A stretch of DNA of 64,000 bases from Mobula hypostoma (Eukaryota): assembly GCF_963921235.1 (NCBI RefSeq), contig NC_086108.1:23312001-23376000 (forward strand), in the 5' to 3' direction. This document shows positions 25,666 through 38,822 of this stretch, piece by piece; positions within the stretch are counted from its first letter, which is position 1; the number at the start of each line of letters is the position of its first letter. The notes under the pieces were generated by a model. It did not search any database. It saw only the letters and a list, made by a program, of their open reading frames with translations, and was not told the origin of the DNA. Both the position numbers and the translations under genes were made by a program.

Positions 25666-26831
25666 TACATAGAATATAGAATAGTACAGCATGTTACAGG
25701 CCCTTCGGCCCACAAAGTTGTGCAGACCCTCAAACCCTGCCTCCCATATAACCCCCCACCTTAAATTCCTCCATATACCTGTCTAGTAGTCTCCTAAACT
25801 TCACGAGATGTATCTGCCTCCACCACTGACTCAGGCAGTGCATTCCACGCACCAACCACTCTCTGAGTAAAAAACCTTCCTCTAATATCCCCCTTGAACT
25901 TCCCACCCCTTACCTTAAAGCCATGTCCTCTTGTATTGAGCAGTGGTGCCCTGGGGAAGAGGCGCTGGCTATCCACTCTATATATTCCTCTTATTATCTT
26001 GTACACCTCTATCATGTCTCCTCTCATCCTCCTTCTCTCCAAAGAGTAAAGCCCTAGCTCCCTTAATCTCTGATCATAATGCATACTCTCTAAACCAGGC
26101 AGCATCCTGGTAAATCTCCTCTGTACCCTTTCCAATGCTTCCACATCCTTCCTATAGTGAGGCAACCAGAACCGGACACAGTACTCCAAGTGTGGCCTAA
26201 CCAGAGTTTTATAGAGCTGCATCATTACATCGCGACTCTTGAACTCTATCCCTCGACTTATGAAAGCTAACACCCCATAGGCTTTCTTAACTACCCTATC
26301 TACCTGTGAGGCAACTTTCAGGGATCTGTGGACATGTACCCCCAGATCCCTCTGCTCCTCCACACTACCAAGTATCCTGCCATTTACTTTGTACTCTGCC
26401 TTGGAGTTTGTCTTTCCAAAGTATACCACCTCACATCTCTCCAGTTTGAACTCGATCTGCCACTTCTCAGCCCACTTCTGCATCCTATCAATGTCTCTCT
26501 GCAATCTTCGACAATCCTCTACACTATCTACAACACCACCAACCTTTGTGTCGTCTGCAAACTTGCCAACCCACCCTTCTACCCTTACATCCAGGTCGTT
26601 AATAAAATTCACCAAAAGTAGAGGTCCCAGAACAGATCCTGGGATACTACTAGTCACGATCCTCCAATTTGAATGTACTCCCTCCACCACGGCCCTCTGC
26701 CTTCTGCAGGCAAGCCAATTCTGAATCCACCTGGCCAAACTTCCCTGGATCCCATGCCTTCTGACTTTCTGAATAAGCCTACTGTGTGGAATCTTGTCAA
26801 ATGCCTTACTAAAATCCATATAGATCACATC
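25666..26831 (-). mobile_element. 5'-truncated CR1 LINE with a long open RT frame
   Basis: ORF 25794..26882 has YMDFSKAFDKIPH, KFADDTKVGG and [10 protein letters not shown], followed by a CR1 3' UTR and tail. Confidence 0.93.
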
Positions 26832-26869
26832 TTTTGTCTTTAAGAATAAGGTGAATATTTTCTGTAAGA

Positions 26870-27432
26870 AATCGTAAATCAAAGTGTTGAGTACAGGAGA
26901 TATGATGTTCTGTTGAAGTTGTACAAGACATTGGTGCGGCTCAATTGGAAGTATTATGTGTAGTTTTGATCACCTACCTACAGGAGAGATGTAAACAAGG
27001 TTGAAAGAGTATAGAGAAAATTTAGAAGGATGCTGTCAGGGCTAGAAGAAATACAAGGAAAGATTGAATAGATTAGGATTTGATTCCTTTGAATATAAAA
27101 GATTGAGGGGATATTTGATAGAGGTATACAGGATTATAATGGGTAGAGATAGGGTAAATGCAAGCAGGCTTTTTCTGCTGAGGCTGGGTGGGACTACACA
27201 AAGAGGTCACTGGTTAGGAGTGAAAGGTGAAAAGTTTAATGAAACATTGAGGGTTGTGAGAGAGTGAAATGAGTTGTCAGCGAGTGGTGCATGCAAGGTT
27301 GATTTCAACGTTTAAGATAGGTACTTGGATGGGAGGGGTACGAAGGGCTATGGTCCTGGTGTAGGTTGACGGGAGTAGGTGGACTAGATGGGACAAAGAG
27401 CCTGTTTCTGTGCTGTACTTTTCTATGACTAA
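26870..27432 (+). mobile_element. CR1 LINE 3' fragment, degenerate
   Basis: RLRGYLIEVYRIIMGRDRVNASRLF, with the tail cctgtttctgtgctgtacttttctatgact. Confidence 0.85.
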
Positions 27433-27744
27433 ATCCAGGACACATGCACGAGTGTAAAGTTCTACCTCAGGAGGTCACAAGGCTGATAGAAAGTGGACAG
27501 TTTGAAAATTGACTGAAGAAGCATCAGTAGAGAATTGTGTTGAATCTTTCTTCTCTTTGTACCTTCCTTAATGCCAGACAATAGTGAGCAGTAAAATTTG
27601 AAGGGTCAGATGTAAGTGCCAATGCATCAATTATTTAAGAGATCCTCAAGACTCTGATTTATATCAAAACATGTATTGCTGATTCATTTTATTACATCTG
27701 GTTGGTAGTGTGCAAAAGTTGAGTTACTTTAGCAATAGAAAGCT

Positions 27745-28060
27745 TTGTGCTACTAATACACAGATCAAAGTTCAGATGCCCACCATGGCAGTTGTGGACT
27801 TACATTTCAGTTAATAATCTGGGATATTAGTAATGATGGCCACTTGAAGCTGCTAGATGATTGTAAAGATAAACAATCTATCAATACCCACTGGGAGAGT
27901 GGAGGTGGATCTTACCTGACATTGCTTAAATATGATTCCTGTCCTAGGTTGATTCTCAGAAATAGCTTTGCGAGCCATTCATCTGCTGCGAGGCAGTTGG
28001 AGATAGGCATTAAATGTTGACCTGGCTAATGGTGCCCAGAAAGATAAATACATTTAAAAA
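27745..28060 (+). mobile_element. Old tRNA-derived SINE (SacSINE1-like, tentative)
   Basis: B-box-like agttcagatgcccaccatggcag and a 3' end gagataggcattaaatgttgacctggctaatggtgccc...aaaaa. Confidence 0.45.
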
Positions 28061-28230
28061 TAGGCCGATACTAGAATAACACTTTTGCATTTTCTGCAAC
28101 CCTGGAAACTTGGCAGAAATTGAGAGAAGAATCATCTCTCTCACCCCCACAGAACCCCAGTATTCACTGTGTACTATGATACACTGGACACGAGACAATC
28201 CATTGCTGGTTTTACTTAGCTACCTGTTAA

Positions 28231-28817
28231 CCATAAGAACATAGAAGATACAAATCTACAGCACATTACAGGCCCTTCAGCCCACAATGTTGTGCCGACC
28301 ATATAACCTGCTCTAGAAACTGCCTAGAATTACCCTACCACATAGCCCTCTATTTTTCTAAGCTCCAGGTACCTATTTAGGAGCCTCTTAAAAGACCCTA
28401 TTGTATCCGCCTTTACCACCATCACCGGCAGTGCATTCCAGGCACCCATCACTCACTGTGTGAAAAACTTACCCCTCATATCCCCTCTGTACCTACTTCT
28501 AAGCACCTTAAAACTATGCCCCCTTGTGTTAGCCATTTCAGACCTGGGAAAAACCTCTGGCAATCCACATGATCAATGCCTTTCATCATCTTTTGCACCT
28601 TTATCAGGTTACACCTCATTCTCCATCACTCCAAGGAGAAAAGGCCAAGTTCACTCAACCTATTCTCATAAGGCACACTCTCCAATCCAGGCAACATCCT
28701 TATAAGTCTCCTCTGTACTCTTTCTGTAGTAGACAGGGCGGTAATTGGCTGGGTTGGACTTGTCCTGTTTTAATGTACAGGACATACCTGGGCATTTTCC
28801 ACATTGCCAGGTAGATG
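28231..28817 (-). mobile_element. CR1 3' fragment fused to a short upstream-RT piece (QDKSNPANYRPV)
   Basis: The 3' end resembles 57280-57750. ORF 28666..28869 carries the KQDKSNPANYRP motif. Confidence 0.85.
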
Positions 28818-29688
<871 letters not shown>

Positions 29689-29689
<1 letters not shown>

Positions 29690-32600
29690 ACATAAGAAGT
29701 AGGAGCAGGAGTAGGCCATCTGGCCCATCGAGCCTGCTCCGCCATTCAATAAGATCATAGCTGATCTCCACCTACCTTTCTTTTCCCCATAGCCTTTCAT
29801 TCCCCTACTATGCAAAAATCTATCCAATCTTGTCTTAAATATATTTACTGAGGTAGCCTTCACTGCTTCATCGGGCAGAGAAATCCTCAGATTCAGTACT
29901 CTCAGAGAAAAGTAGTTCCTCCTCATCTCCATTCTAAAGCTACTCCCCTGAATCTTGAGGCTATGTGCCCTAGTTCTAGTCTCACCTACCAGTGGAAACA
30001 ACTTTCTTGCCTCTATCTTATCTATCCCTTTCATAATTTTATATGTTTCTATAAGATCTCTCATCCTTCTGAATTCCAGCGAGTACAGTTCCAGGCGACT
30101 CAATCTTTCCTCATAGTCTAACCCGCTCATCTCTGGAATCAACCTGGTGAACCTCCTTTGCACCGCCTCCAAAGCCAATATATCCTTCTTCAAATAAGGG
30201 GGCCAGAACTGCATGCAGTTCTCCAGGTGTGGCCTCACCAGTACCCTGTACAGTTGCAGTATAACCTCCCTACTTTTAAATTCAATCATTCTAGCAATGA
30301 AGCCAACATTCCATTTGCCTTCTTGATAGCCTGCTGCACCTGCAAACCAACCTTCTGTGATTCATGCGTAATCACTCCTAAGTCCCTCTGCACAGCAGCA
30401 TGCTGCAATCATTTACCATTGAAATAATCATCTGCTCTTTCATTTTTCCAAAGTGGATGACCTCGTATTTACCAAAATTGTACTCCACCTGCCAGACCCT
30501 TGCCCACTCCCTTAACCTATCTATATCTCTCTGCAGACTCTCTGTATCTTCTGCACAATTAGTTTTTCCACTCAATTTGGTATCATTAGCAAACTTAGAT
30601 ATACTAGTTGCATGCCACCTTGGACAATGTCTCCCATCCACTACATAATGTACTGGCTGGGCACAGGAGTACATTCAGCCAGAGACTCATTCCACCGAGA
30701 TGTAACACAGAGCGTCATAGGAAGTCATTCCTGCCATGGCCATCAAACTTTACAACTCCTCCCTTGGAGGGTCAGACACCCTGAGCCAATAGGCTGGTCC
30801 TGGACTTATTTCCTGGCACAATTTACATATTACTATTTAACTATTTATGGTTTTATTACTATTTCTTATTTATGGTGCAACTGTAATGAAAACCAGTTTC
30901 CCCTGGGATCAATAAAGTATGACTGTGACTACAGTCGGGCCCCCCTTGCAGAATGTTAATGTATATCGTGAACAGTTGCGGGCTTAGTATCGACCCCTGC
31001 GGTACACCACTCACCACTGATTGCCAACCAGAGAAACACCCATGTGTCCCAACTCACTGCTTTCTGTTAATTAACCAATCCTCTATCCGTGCTAATACAT
31101 CATCCTCTACTCTGTACATTCTTATCTTATGCATGTCTTTTATGTGGCACCTTCTGGAAATCCAAGTGTATAATGTCCATCTGTTCCCCTCTATCCACTG
31201 CGCTTGTTATATCCTCTAAGAATGCCAGTAAGTTTGTCAAACATGACCTGCCTTTGCTGAATCCATGCTGTGTCTGCCTGATGATCCATTTCTTTCCAGA
31301 TCTCTTGCTATTTCTTCTTTAATGATAGCTTCAAGCATTTTCCCAACTACAGATGTTAAACTAACTGGCCTATAGTTATCTTACTTTTGCCTACATCCTT
31401 TTTTCAACAGTGGTGTGACATTCGCTGTCTTCCAATCTGCCAGGACCTACTCAGTGTCCAGAGAATTTTGAAAAATCATCACCAAAGCCTTTATCACAAC
31501 TTCTGCCATTTATTTCAGTACCCTCAAATACATCCCATCACTACCAGATTTCTTGTCCATCTTCAGGCCCACAAATTTGCTCAGCACTAACTCTTTAGTA
31601 GTAACAGTTATATCGAGGTCCTCACCTCCCTTTGCATCCATAACATCTCTCTTTGGCATGTTAGATGTGTCTTCCCTGTGAAGACCGGCACAAAATAGTC
31701 GTTCAAAGCCTCGGCCCATTTCCTCATTTCCCAATATCAATTCCCTCTTCTCCTCCTTCAAGAGATCCTACATTCACTTTAGCCATCCTTTTCTGCTTTA
31801 TATAGTTATAAAAACTTGTACTGTCCATTTTTACGTTTTCATAATCTAACTTCCCTTTCTTCATTGCTCGCTTCGTGGTACTTTGTTGCTTTTTAAAGTT
31901 TTCGCAATCTTCCAGTTTCCCACTACTTTTGGCAACTTTGTATATACAAGCTTTTAGTTTGATGCCTTCTCTTATTTCCTTAGTTATGCAGGACTGGCTC
32001 TTCCCACCCTTACTGTCCTTGCTTTTAACTGGAATATACTTCTGTTGAGCATCGTGAAAAATCCCTTCGAAAGTCTTCCACTGTTCCTCAACTGTTCCAT
32101 CAGATAGCCTGTGTTCCCAGTTTACACTAGCCAAATCCTCCCTCAGCCATTGTAGTCTCCATTGTTTAGGCATAATACACTGGTTTTAGATTGAACAATT
32201 GCACCCTCCATTTGTATGAGAAGTTCAATCATACTGTGATCACTCTTTCAAGAGTTTTCGTAACTACAAGATCACAAATTTTACCTGTCTCATTGCACAG
32301 GACGAGGTCTAAGATAGCATGTTCCCTTGTAGGTTCAGTAACATGCTGCATTCTATGAAGTCCTCCTCAAGACTGCCTCAACCAACTTGATTCACCCAAT
32401 TTATGTGCAAGTTAAAGTCCCCCATGATAACTGCTGTTCCAGTCTTACATGCTTCAGACATTTCTCTGTTTATAGTCTGTGCCAGTGTAATGTTATTATT
32501 CAGTGGCCGGTAGACAACTTCCACTAGTGATTTTTTTCCCTTTATTATTCCTAATCACTACCCAGCGAGATTCAACATTCTGTTCCTCAGATTTTACATC

Positions 32601-34280
32601 GTCTCTCACTATCTCCCTGATCTCATCTTTAATTAAGAGTGTACCCCACCTCCCTTACCTCCTACCTATCCTTCCATATTACCTGATATCCTTGGATATT
32701 TAATTCCCAATCATCTCCACCCTGCAACCACATCTCTGTAATGGCCACTAAATCATACCTCTTTGTACTGATTTGTGCCTCAAGTTCAATGACTTTGTTT
32801 CGAATACTATAGGCATTCAAATAAAGTACGTTTACACTCATTGTGCTTTTAAAATCCTGTAACCTTTTACTCTTTTGCACTTGACTTTTCTTCACTTCAC
32901 TCTTACTTTCTCTTTTTTATATTTTGTTTTTTCTTTATCTTTATCCACACTTTTCTTTCTTACTTTATCCATACTTCTCCAATCTGTTGAACCCACCCCC
33001 TACTATATATCTCTACAACCCTAGTTATGCAATTCACCAGGATCTAGGTCCCATCACGGTTCAGGTGGAGCCCGTCCCATTGGTACAGTTCCCTCCTTCA
33101 CCAATACTGGTGCCAGTTTCCTATGAATTCAGACCCACTTCTCCCACACCAATTTTTCAGCCACGCATTTAACTCTCTAATCTTCTTGACCCTATGCCAA
33201 TTTGCACATGGTTCAGGTAGTAATCCAGAGATTACTACCTTTTTGGTTCTGCTTTTTAATTTAGTCCCTAGCTGCTCAAATTCCCTCAGCAGAACCCCTT
33301 TCCTCATTCTACCTATGTCACTGGTATCTCTCCCCTCCCACTGCAAATTCCTCTGTAGGTCAGATAAGATGTCCTGAACCCTGGCACCAGGCAGGCAACA
33401 CAGCCTTCGGGACGCTCTATCCTCGCGACAGAGAACTCTATCTATTCCCCTGACTGTACTATCCCCAATTACCCATTTCTCCCCTCTTGAATGGCTCCCT
33501 GAACTATGGTGCCACAGTTAAGTTGCACATCCTTCCTACAGACCCCCACTGTCATCCACACAGGGAGCAAAAATCTCACACCTGTTGGAGAAGCTCAAGG
33601 GCTGAGTCTCTTCCAGCATCTGGATCCCACAACCCACCTCACTTGCAGTTACATCCTCTTGTCCCTGACCACAGACCGAATTTGAGGCAGTTAATCTAAT
33701 GGGTGTGACTACCTCCTGAAACAGAGAATCCAGATGTGATGCAGTGTTTGAAGCTCAGATTCCAGGTCATCAACTTTGAGCATGAGTTCCTAGAGCAGCC
33801 AACACTTGCTGTAAATGTGGTCACCAGGAACCACAATGGGGTCCATCAGCTCCCACATCATACAGCTACAGCACATCACCTGATCCTGGATCATCCCTTT
33901 ATTTAATTAGCTGTAATTTAGTGACTTTTTATTCAACCACTACAATAGCCTTACCTGCTACTCGCCTGTGCCTCCTCGACAAAGATTCAAGTTCCCACTC
34001 CTATACTGGTCCACTCACACAATAGCCGCTCTGCTTTGACCCTGCTTTACTTTTATTTGCTCCTGCTAATGAATCGCAAATCAATTAGTCCGCTGCTAAT
34101 TCACTGGTCCCTGCGAAATGCTCCTTTTTAAAATTCTTCTCCCCAGTTGTGCAAAGCTCTCTCTATTCGAATCAATTGGTCTGCCGCTAATGCGCCAAGC
34201 CCCGTGAAACGCACCATTTTAAAACTCTTCTCCCTGATGTGTGAAGCTCTCTCTCTCTCTCTTTGAATTGATTGGTCTGT
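29689..34280 (-). mobile_element. Near full-length degenerate CR1 LINE (5' UTR, ORF1 with SGNH-esterase-like domain, ORF2 APE endonuclease and RT)
   Basis: 33098..33346 has KVVISGLLPEP...ELNAWLKNWC (CR1 ORF1 esterase). 32662..32895 has LYLNAYSIRNK...DLVAITEMWL (APE). RT pieces lie at 29579-32173. Confidence 0.92.
30607..30931 (+). mobile_element. Rex1/Babar-type LINE 3' end nested in the CR1
   Basis: Reads about HPLHNVLAGHRSTFSQRLIPPRCNTERHRKSFLP..IKLYN, then ends gggatcaataaagtatgactgtgact. The CR1 RT is continuous on either side. Confidence 0.75.
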
Positions 34281-34750
34281 AAGAACAATATGGAGTGGCT
34301 AAAAATGAAGAAAATCGATGTCCTTGAGTGACCCAGAGTTCTGACCTTAACCCGAATGAACAGTTCTGGCAAGACCTCAAGATTGCTGTTCACTGCAGCT
34401 CTTCAGCTCTGCAGCTAACCTGGCACAGCTTGAGCAATTAAACAAGGAGGAATGGGCAAATCTTGCTCCATCACATTGTGCAAAGCTTATAGTTGCTTAT
34501 CTTAAAAAACTTCGCTGTGAGACGTGGCTCAACTAAGTATTAGGCAAAGGGGTTGAATTCTTTTGAACTGCCGACATTTCAGTTTTTGAATTTTTAGTTT
34601 TCCATGCTTTATAATTTTTCCTGTTTTTTGGGCTCTGTGAAAAGAAAATTCACAAATAAAAATTCTCAGTTAAATTGATCAAAATCCTTGGTTGTTGTAC
34701 TTATTTATGTGAACAAGAGGTTGGGGGCTGAATACTTTTACAAAGCACTG
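34281..34750 (+). mobile_element. Tc1-like DNA transposon, 3' part with right terminal repeat
   Basis: MEWLKMKKIDVLE*P..SDLNPNEQFWQDLKIAVH is the WPSQSPDLNPIE region. Ends ggggctgaatacttttacaaagcactg|TA. Inner repeat ggggttgaattctttt at about 34548. Confidence 0.92.
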
Positions 34751-35757
34751 TATATTTCATCCAATGTACAAAAATCTATCTGTCAATGATAAATTTATTT
34801 GCTATTGTCTGATTTCATATCCTACCGGTTTAATATTTGGCATATGGTTCAGTTACATAAATGAGGATTGACAGATGCTCTTGCATTGACTACTCAGCAA
34901 GCGACCACCTTCCTTAGTCCAGCTGCGCATCTCTGTCATTTCTCGATTCCCTAATTTCGTACATTCTTAGAGTGAAATTATTTGTGCCGGGTTTTGCCAA
35001 AAACTTTTTGAAAATCCAAATGCATGATGAACTTTCATATCTTCAAATCAGTGCAGGAGGTGAGTGTAGCCTGACTTTTCTTTTCTAAATCAGATGGACG
35101 TGTTCTTCAGTGTCCCTCACATACATTATCTTATCATCTACTCCTTGGCATCAAGAATGTTTGCTAACTAAGTGTCTCCTGCACCATGTGTTTTCCTTAC
35201 CCTACTTTTTGACATTAAGGTGATCAGGATACAAGCATGGTACTAGGAGCAGGAGTGGATTTTTGCCCCCTCCAACTTGCTCTGCTATTTAATTAAATAA
35301 CTAGTAATATTTATTTTCCACTCATCTGACTTGCTTCCTTAACCTTTAATTCCCTCATCCAATAGAAGTGCTTGTAAGCTTTCGAAGCAGATACTTACAT
35401 CCAAATATCTGTCCCTTTAAGATATGTGTGCACATGAAGTCCCTCTCATTTATTGCTTTAGATTAACCCGCTTAGCAACAGCTCAAACTATTGGGAGGGC
35501 TTGCTTCATGGCAACATATTAATCAGAAATTAACACAGAGAGGGAGTGCAAAGACAGATGTTTCAGCTTTGGCCTGAATTAAGAACTGTTTGACATCAAA
35601 CTCTTATATTGCTTTTAAATTTATTGACTCTGCTGAATGGTGTTATTCTCAAGCCATTTTCCACAATGAGATGTCAAAAGAATTCTGGGCTGGAGTTGCT
35701 ACAGTGAGAGACAATGTCTACCCACAAGAAATGATTAGAAACCTTGATTACTATTGG

Positions 35758-36318
35758 CTCACATTGCGCTGGAGGAACTCAGCAGGTCAGTCAGCAACCA
35801 TTGAAAAGTTTAGTCGACGTTTCGGGCCGAAACCCTTCGTCAGGATATCTGAATGGGAATGGGAAGCAAATGTCCATACATGGCCTCCTCTTCTGCCATG
35901 ATGAGGCTAAACTCAGGTTGGAGGAGCAACACCTCATATACCGTCTAGGTACTCTCCAGCCCCTTGGTATGAACATAGAATTCTCCAACTTCCGGTAACT
36001 CCCTCCCCCTCCCTTCCTCTATCCCTATTTCACATCACCTCCCTCATAGTTCTACCTCCTTCTACTACTTCGCATTGTTCTCCTGCCAATCACCTCCCTG
36101 CTTCCTCCCCCACCCCTTTGTCTTTCAAAGTACTGTTTTTTTCAACTACCTGCATTCTTCAAACCCTCCCCAAAGATCTTCCTTCAGTCCGGACGAAGGG
36201 TTTTGGCCTGAAACATCGACTAATCATTTCAACTGATGCTGACTGACCTGCTGAGTTCCTCCAGCGCATTGTGAGTGTTCCTTTGACAACAGCATCTGCA
36301 GATTATTTTGTGTTTACG
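35758..36318 (+). mobile_element. Short Penelope-like element with inverted termini
   Basis: HGLLFCHDEAKLRLEEQHLIYRLGTLQPLGMNIEFSNF* is a PLE GIY-YIG C-terminus. 35758-35845 is the reverse complement of about 36188-36276. Confidence 0.85.
35811..35845 (-). ncRNA. Minimal type I hammerhead ribozyme core in a PLE terminus
   Basis: Minus strand: UC-CUGACGA-A-GGG-UUUCGG-CCC-GAAAC-GUC-GACUA. Intact core, palindromic ACGU stem III, GUC cleavage triplet. The stem I 5' strand is truncated at the inversion junction. Confidence 0.65.
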
Positions 36319-38014
36319 ATTATCATTGGCTGCCTGGTGTTTTACTTAATTTATTTGATCCGAGATTGCATTTGCTTATCGAGGGGTGGGGTAGTGTTCT
36401 GGAAATACTCTGCTCTCTCGTTGGTTATGCAAGGACCAGAATGGAAAGTTGCAGACCTGTGTTGAGGGCAGCATTAAACACTAGAAAGATAGAAATTGAT
36501 AGAAATAATATAATTCATCTTGTTGACTGGTGCCAGTCAGTGGTGATATAATTCTGGCTGTTCAGTTTCCCTTTGGAGAATAAATAAGCGAGGTATAATT
36601 CATAGCAGAACAAATTATACAATCACAGGCTTAAAGGAGCCAAATGTTTATTTTTCCAATTTTGCAAAGTGATGACGTTCTTCAAAAATATCATTTTCAA
36701 TTTTTATAAACTATGTTGCCAAGTATTGATTAAAGCAGAATTCTACCCTCTGTTGCTCTGTTATTAGGCAGCTGGAGAGTCCGATTAGTTTGGCAACTAC
36801 TTCGCTTGGATTAGGATCATTATTTGACATTCCCACTGATTGCACAGAAAGCATACGCATTCTTAAATTGTGTTTCTCTTGTTTTTATTTTGTATTACAT
36901 TGTTTTCCATCATTTTCTCAGGGTCTCATCAGCCTTTGCCAAGTGATATGGTAAGCCTTCCCGGGACTTCCTTCTGAGGTCTGCCTGATAAAGCAGTTGA
37001 TCTACTCTGAGTACATATTCACCACTGTTTAGCAGATGATCTGCCATTTGCAGTACAGTTCTCAAACCCAATTCCAGCTGTTCCACTTTTTCTTGGCCCT
37101 TCTATGTTGCAGAAATATGACCAATTATTTCATTATCATCTCAATCACTGAATTTAAAAGTTATTTATTTTACAAGATGGATGTCATCCAAGCATTTATT
37201 TTAAGCACAAGCAAAAGTTACAGGTGTTTCCCTGGATTTTGACCATCCAATTTAAGTACAGCCTATACATACAAAAAAAAATATTTGGGAGACTGGTGGG
37301 ATGGATTTGCTGACAATTACATCTTTTACTTAGGTGGGAATGTAGTTTATGGTAACATCACTACATCTTTCAGAGAAATCTGAATGGTTGGAATAAATGC
37401 CCTGGTTTAACTAAACATTGCCCTTGGATGGTCTATGTTAAATATATGCAGGGTGGCCTTATTTCTGATTTGCTAACTGATCGGGGTATTGGTTTATTAG
37501 GCAAGTTAGGCCAATTGGCCCATTTCATCATGACTGATGCACTTTTCCTCTCAGTCCCAATCTCCTGCCCTCTCCCTGTATCCGTTCATGCCCTGACTAA
37601 TCAAGAATCTATCAACCTCTGCCTAAATACGTGTTCAAAATTTTGCGTACCTCTATCAGGTCCCTGTTTAGACCTCCTGTCCAGGGAAATCTGGAACATA
37701 GAGCACAGGACAGTATGTCACAAGAACTGGCCTTTTGGCCCACAACATGTACCAACCTGATCAAACAAGTAATTAAATGCCTAACTAAATTAATTCCTTC
37801 TGCCTACACAATGTCCATATGCATACATTCTCTGCAAATTTTTGAGCCTATCTAAGTGCCTCTTAAATACCCCTTTCATATTTGCATGGGTTATGTTTTA
37901 TAACTTCAAAACATTAAATTAATTCAGAGAAGACACACGGGAGTTCTAAATGCAGGACTAGCTTTGCCTTTACTTTAAGCGAGGTGCAAACGTATCACAT
38001 GGGTAGCATAATAT

Positions 38015-38505
38015 AAGATCACAAGATCATAAGATATAGGAGGAGAATTAGGCCATTCGGCCTATTGAGTCTGCTCTGCCATTTCATCATGGCTGATCCA
38101 ATTTCCTCTCTGCCCCAATCTCCTGCCAGCTCCCCAAATCCCTCTATGCCTTGACCAATCAAGAATCTATCAACCTCTACCATAAGTATACATGCAGGCT
38201 TGGCCTCCATGGCTGCCTGTGGCAACAAATTCCACAGATTCACCACTGTCTGGATAAAGAAATTTCTCCTTATCTCCGTTCTAACAGGAAGCCTCTCAAT
38301 TCTGAGGCTGTGTCATTGGGTCTTAGACTCTCTCACCACAGGAAATATCCTCTCCACATCTACTCTATCAAGGCCTTTCACCATTCGAAAGGTTTCAATG
38401 AGATTACCCCTCATTCTTCTGAATACAGGGCCAGAGCTATCAATTACTCTTCATATGACAAGCCACTCAAACCTGGAATCATTTTCATGAACTGCCTTTG
38501 AGCCA
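38015..38505 (-). mobile_element. CR1 LINE 3' fragment
   Basis: VNLWNLLPQAAMEA and the CR1 3' UTR aattaggccattcggcctattgagtctgc. Smaller related pieces lie at 37500-37880. Confidence 0.85.
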
Positions 38506-38594
38506 TCTACCCTCCTTTGACCCCTACCCAATTTGAATATTCCCTCTTCTCCACTATCCAATTGGACAGAAGATACAGAAGCTTGAGAGTACAC

Positions 38595-38822
38595 AAGTTT
38601 GGTTCTTTGTACCAAGATACAGTGTAAAGCTCCTTTTTATGTGCCATCCAATGAGATCATTTCCTACATAAGCTCATTGAGGTAGTGGAAAGAAGACAAT
38701 GCAGAATAGAGTGTTGCAGCTACAGAGAAAGTGCGGTGCAGAGAGACAAGTAAAGTGCTGGGGCCATGACATGGTAGACTGGGAGATCAAGAGTTCATCT
38801 TTCAGTGTAAGAGTGGCCCATT
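38595..38822 (-). mobile_element. Rex1-type LINE 3' UTR, left flank of the minisatellite
   Basis: aagatacagtgtaaagct...aatgcagaatagagtgttgcagctacagagaaa...tcaagagttc aligns to 13430-13612. Confidence 0.6.
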
